Source of the DNA: a virus
Taxonomy: Duplodnaviria; Caudoviricetes
Length of the DNA: 57,921 bases
Virus record (IMG/VR): IMGVR_UViG_3300049172_000141
Span: 1-57,921 of that record
Direction: 5' to 3' (one strand)
In this document: piece by piece, positions 54,660 through 57,921 of the stretch
Layout: every line of letters starts with the position of its first letter
Numbering within the stretch: the stretch's first letter is position 1
Notes under the pieces: model-generated
Databases searched by the model: none
The model's input: the letters and a program-made list of their open reading frames with translations, nothing else
What the model was told of the DNA's origin: nothing
Position numbers and translations under genes: made by a program

Positions 54660-55910
54660 CTACAGGGTCTCGACGTTCGCCCCGGACAGGCGGTTTCGGC
54701 AGTCGAGCACGTACGACGCGTGCTCCTCGATCATCGCGAGGTCGAATCGCGGATGATCCATGAGAAGAACCACCGCATCAGCGGCGGCTACCTCTTCCGG
54801 CGTGGCATCGACACGAGGCACGTTCAGCCCGATGTCGTCGCCGTCCGGGATGTTGGGTTCGGCGCCACAGACATCGGCGCCGAGGCCGATGAGAAGTTCG
54901 GCGACCCGTGCCGACGGAGAATTACGAAGGTCGGTGGCGTTGAACTTATAGGTCAGGCCGAGCAGCAGAATCCGAGATCCGCTGACCGGCATGCCCCGCT
55001 TGTTCAGTGCTTCCACGAGGCGCCGGACGACGTAGTCGGGCATGTGCCGGTTCACGTCGGCGGCGAGTTCCGCGAAACGGAACGGGATGCCAAGTTCCTG
55101 CTGGGCCTTCCACGAGAGGAACATCGGGTCGACGGGCAGGCAGTGTCCGCCGACCCCCGGCCCCGGGGTGAACTTCGTGAATCCGAACGGCTTGGTCGCG
55201 GCGGCGTCGATCGCCTCCCAGATGTTCACGCCGAGGGCATCGGCCAGCATCGCCATCTCGTTGATCATGGAGATGTTGACGAACCGGAAGGTGTTCTCCA
55301 GCAGCTTGGCCAGCTCGGCGACCTTCGGCCCTGACACGGGCACGGTGGTCTCGAAGATGCCGTCGTAGAAGCCCTTGATCACGTCGAGCGATTTGGCGTC
55401 GATTCCGGACACCAGCTTCGGCGTCCCGTCGAACGACCACCGCTTGTTTCCGATCCGCTCGGGGCTGAAGCCGGCCAGGAAGTCCGCCCCGCCCTTGAGG
55501 CCCGAGGTCTCTTCCAGGATCGGCAGCAGCAGCTCCTCGGTGGTGCCGGGATAGCTCGTGGACTCCAGGACCACGGTCGCGCCGGGGCGCAGGTGCTCAC
55601 CCAGTGTCCGGGCGCAGGACTCGATGTAGGTCAGGTCGGGCACGCCGTCCCGCAGCGGGGTCGGCACGGTGATCACCGCGATGTCGAACCCGGCCAGCGC
55701 GGCACCTTCGGCGGTCGCGGAGTAGGCCCCGGAGTCCAGCACTGCGCGCAGCCGCGAGGAGTCCACGTCCCGCACGTAGGACTGACCGGCCGCGAGCTGC
55801 TGGACACGGTCCGTGTCGACGTCGTAGCCGACGACACAGTGCCCCACCTCGGCCGCGCGTACGGCCAGGGGAAGCCCTACATAGCCCTGACCAGCGACAA
55901 CAATCTGCAT
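54660..55910 (-). CDS. Nucleotide-sugar dehydrogenase (UDP-GlcNAc/ManNAc type)
   Basis: GQGYVGLP, ITVPTP, LESTSYPG, KLLENTFR, GVGGHC, GLTYK. Confidence 0.93.
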   Translation of the reverse strand: MQIVVAGQGYVGLPLAVRAAEVGHCVVGYDVDTDRVQQLAAGQSYVRDVDSSRLRAVLDSGAYSATAEGAALAGFDIAVITVPTPLRDGVPDLTYIESCARTLGEHLRPGATVVLESTSYPGTTEELLLPILEETSGLKGGADFLAGFSPERIGNKRWSFDGTPKLVSGIDAKSLDVIKGFYDGIFETTVPVSGPKVAELAKLLENTFRFVNISMINEMAMLADALGVNIWEAIDAAATKPFGFTKFTPGPGVGGHCLPVDPMFLSWKAQQELGIPFRFAELAADVNRHMPDYVVRRLVEALNKRGMPVSGSRILLLGLTYKFNATDLRNSPSARVAELLIGLGADVCGAEPNIPDGDDIGLNVPRVDATPEEVAAADAVVLLMDHPRFDLAMIEEHASYVLDCRNRLSGANVETL

Positions 55911-55976
55911 GGCAGCTCCTACTCGATCGCGATGCTTGAATGGACCGTCGTTCCTGATCTGGCAAGGAGAAGCGCT

Positions 55977-56750
55977 GTGCCCCTGGTGTCCGTCGTGATG
56001 CCCGTGTACAACTCGGCAGCCACCCTCGGCGCAGCCGTCCGATCGGTGCTCACGCAGACCCACAGCGACCTGGAGCTGCTGGTCACCGACGACCAGTCCT
56101 CCGATGGCTCCATGGACCTGCTCCGCGAGTTCGCCGAGCAGGACGAGCGCGTCCTGCCTCAGTCGGCACCCGAACGGGGCGGTGCGGGCCGGGCCCGTAA
56201 CCTCGCGATCGAGCGTGCCCGCGGGGACTACGTGGCCTTTCTCGACAGCGACGACATGTGGCTGCCGGAGAAGACCGAGAAGCAGCTCGCCTTCGCTGCG
56301 GAGGCGACTGCGCCTTTGACGTTCACCTCGTACTTCAAGATGGACGCCGACTACGACGGCGAGAGCACCGACTGGGTCCCGAACGGGCGGGTGATCCGTG
56401 CGCGGGAGCACGTGGACTACCGCGCGATGCTGGTCCAAGACCACATCGGTGCTCTCACTGCCATGTACGACCGCAATGTCCTGGGCACGAGGCTGATGCC
56501 GGAGATGCGCAAGCGTCAGGACTACGCCCTCTGGCTGTCGATCATGCGGGACGGTGCTGACGCCCGGGGCCTGGCTGAGCCGCTTGCCGTATACCGGGCC
56601 CACCAGGCGGGATCGCTGTCCTCCAACAAGCTGTCGCTGGTGCAATACAACTGGGCCCTGTACCGCGAGCACGAGCGTCTGTCGGTCCCGCGGGCGTCGC
56701 GGGCGCTGGCCGGCGCTGTGTGGCAGTCGCTGCGCAACTCGCTCATCTAA
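55977..56750 (+). CDS. Glycosyltransferase family 2 (TuaG-like)
   Basis: VSVVMPVYN, DDQSSD, ARN, FLDSDD, QDYALW, SLSSNK. Confidence 0.92.
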   Translation: MPLVSVVMPVYNSAATLGAAVRSVLTQTHSDLELLVTDDQSSDGSMDLLREFAEQDERVLPQSAPERGGAGRARNLAIERARGDYVAFLDSDDMWLPEKTEKQLAFAAEATAPLTFTSYFKMDADYDGESTDWVPNGRVIRAREHVDYRAMLVQDHIGALTAMYDRNVLGTRLMPEMRKRQDYALWLSIMRDGADARGLAEPLAVYRAHQAGSLSSNKLSLVQYNWALYREHERLSVPRASRALAGAVWQSLRNSLI

Positions 56751-56886
56751 CGCGTACGGGCCGGGGGAGCCCGGTGCGCGACCGTGCCCGGGGGCACCCG
56801 ACCGGGCCCCGCCCCGCGGCCGTGCCGCGTGCTCAGGGGCTGGACCCGGGGGCGGGACTTGGCGAGTCACCTGTGCCGTCGGCCGG

Positions 56887-57843
56887 CTACGCGGCCGAGC
56901 CGTCGCCGGCCCCCGCGCGGAGGAAGAGCTGGAGGAGCAGCCGCCGGTCGGCAACCGGGACGGTCTCCTGACCGCTATGGAGGGCTTCCCGGCCGTGCAG
57001 GAAGCGGCGCTGGTTCACGATGAGGTAGTCCCCAGGCTGGAGCATGAAGGTCACCTGCCCCTGGACGAGTTCCTCGGCGAGTTCGCGGGCGGCCTCGACG
57101 TGCGCCTGGCTGAGTTCGGACCTCGACAGCATCTTGGCGGTGAACCGGACGAACCCCTCGTCCGGGTCGGAGCCGTCCAGGATCGAGAACGGCTTGTACT
57201 CCTCGCCCACGCCGAACAGGTCGAAGAAGGTCCCGTAGTGGTAGGCCGACTCGGCCAGCAGGGAGCGGCAGTCCTCAGACAACCGCGCAACCGCAGCGTG
57301 GGCGTCGGAGAGGATGCTGGGGCCGCCGCCGAGCGGGTCGGGGCGAACGCACAGGAGTGTGGTGTAGTCCGGGGGCTGGCTCGCGTTCACCAGGTCCATG
57401 TGGAACGCGTTGTACCCGATGCCGCTGGACTTGCCGGGGTCCTTGTCGACCTTGACGCCGATGTCCTTCCACAGGGGCCACCGCGGGAAGGGCGAGAAGG
57501 GGACCGCCACCTCGGCCGCGAAGCCGGTCGCCAGCCGCCGTAGCCGGACGCCGGTCCCCAGCGCTTCGGCGAGGTTCCCCAGGCGCAGCACGGCGTATCC
57601 ACCGCCCTCCCCGGTCAGCGCGTGGCGCAGGGCCGCGGCCGTTTCCGCGAACCGCGGGCTGGCCGCCAGCTTGGTCCGGTACTCCTTCATGGTGGACTGT
57701 GCCAGGAACGAACCGTCCAGTTGCCAGGGCGGAAGAGAACAGTCGATCAGAGCCGCTTCGAGTTCGCTCGGGATGTCGATGAACACGCGGAGCTTCCTTC
57801 CCTCTTGGGTTTTCGCGGTGTCGTTCGGTGCTCCTGCTGTCAA
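56887..57843 (-). CDS. TauD/clavaminate-synthase-like Fe(II)/2OG dioxygenase
   Basis: FHMD...PDYTTLLCVR; LQPGD...N.RFLHGR. Confidence 0.85.
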   Translation of the reverse strand: MTAGAPNDTAKTQEGRKLRVFIDIPSELEAALIDCSLPPWQLDGSFLAQSTMKEYRTKLAASPRFAETAAALRHALTGEGGGYAVLRLGNLAEALGTGVRLRRLATGFAAEVAVPFSPFPRWPLWKDIGVKVDKDPGKSSGIGYNAFHMDLVNASQPPDYTTLLCVRPDPLGGGPSILSDAHAAVARLSEDCRSLLAESAYHYGTFFDLFGVGEEYKPFSILDGSDPDEGFVRFTAKMLSRSELSQAHVEAARELAEELVQGQVTFMLQPGDYLIVNQRRFLHGREALHSGQETVPVADRRLLLQLFLRAGAGDGSAA

Positions 57844-57921
57844 CTCGTCCTAAAAACAGCCACCCCCGCCCCGCCTGGCTCGTGCCGGACGGGGGTGGTG
57901 TGCACGGCCCGGCCCCAGGGG

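Noticed and set aside
54660-56954. 764-aa dehydrogenase ORF as a fusion protein
   Set aside because: The N-terminal extension is the antisense of the GT2 gene; the true start is ATG 55910 with an AGGAG RBS.

Overview
High-GC actinobacterial (Streptomyces-like) DNA. About 1-52,090 is a large myovirus-type prophage or phage-plasmid that continues past the left edge. Almost all of it is on the minus strand. It carries a replication/recombination module (initiator-like wHTH, DnaC-like loader, DnaB, primase, SNF2 helicase, gp32-like SSB, PolA, RecA, two resolvases, Cas4-like nuclease, WhiB, SpoVS), a contractile-tail/baseplate module, and a head module (N4-gp56-type capsid, scaffold, portal, terminase). 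A tyrosine recombinase and a KTSC gene run divergently on the plus strand. From 52,120 onward is a sugar-modification cluster (GT4, an uncharacterised ART-fold-like protein, nucleotide-sugar dehydrogenase, GT2, TauD-type dioxygenase). Most notable observations: (1) a repeated, covarying RBS-sequestering hairpin/leader upstream of capsid, tail tube, scaffold, baseplate J and KTSC genes; (2) frameshifts in primase and portal while the tail genes look intact; (3) a poly-gamma-glutamate-hydrolase-like domain, apparently catalytically degenerate, fused to the gp25 baseplate wedge; (4) several CBM5/12-like modules in baseplate/fibre proteins; (5) recurring promoter motifs and apparently leaderless genes. 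All family assignments come from motif recognition by eye, not database searches.
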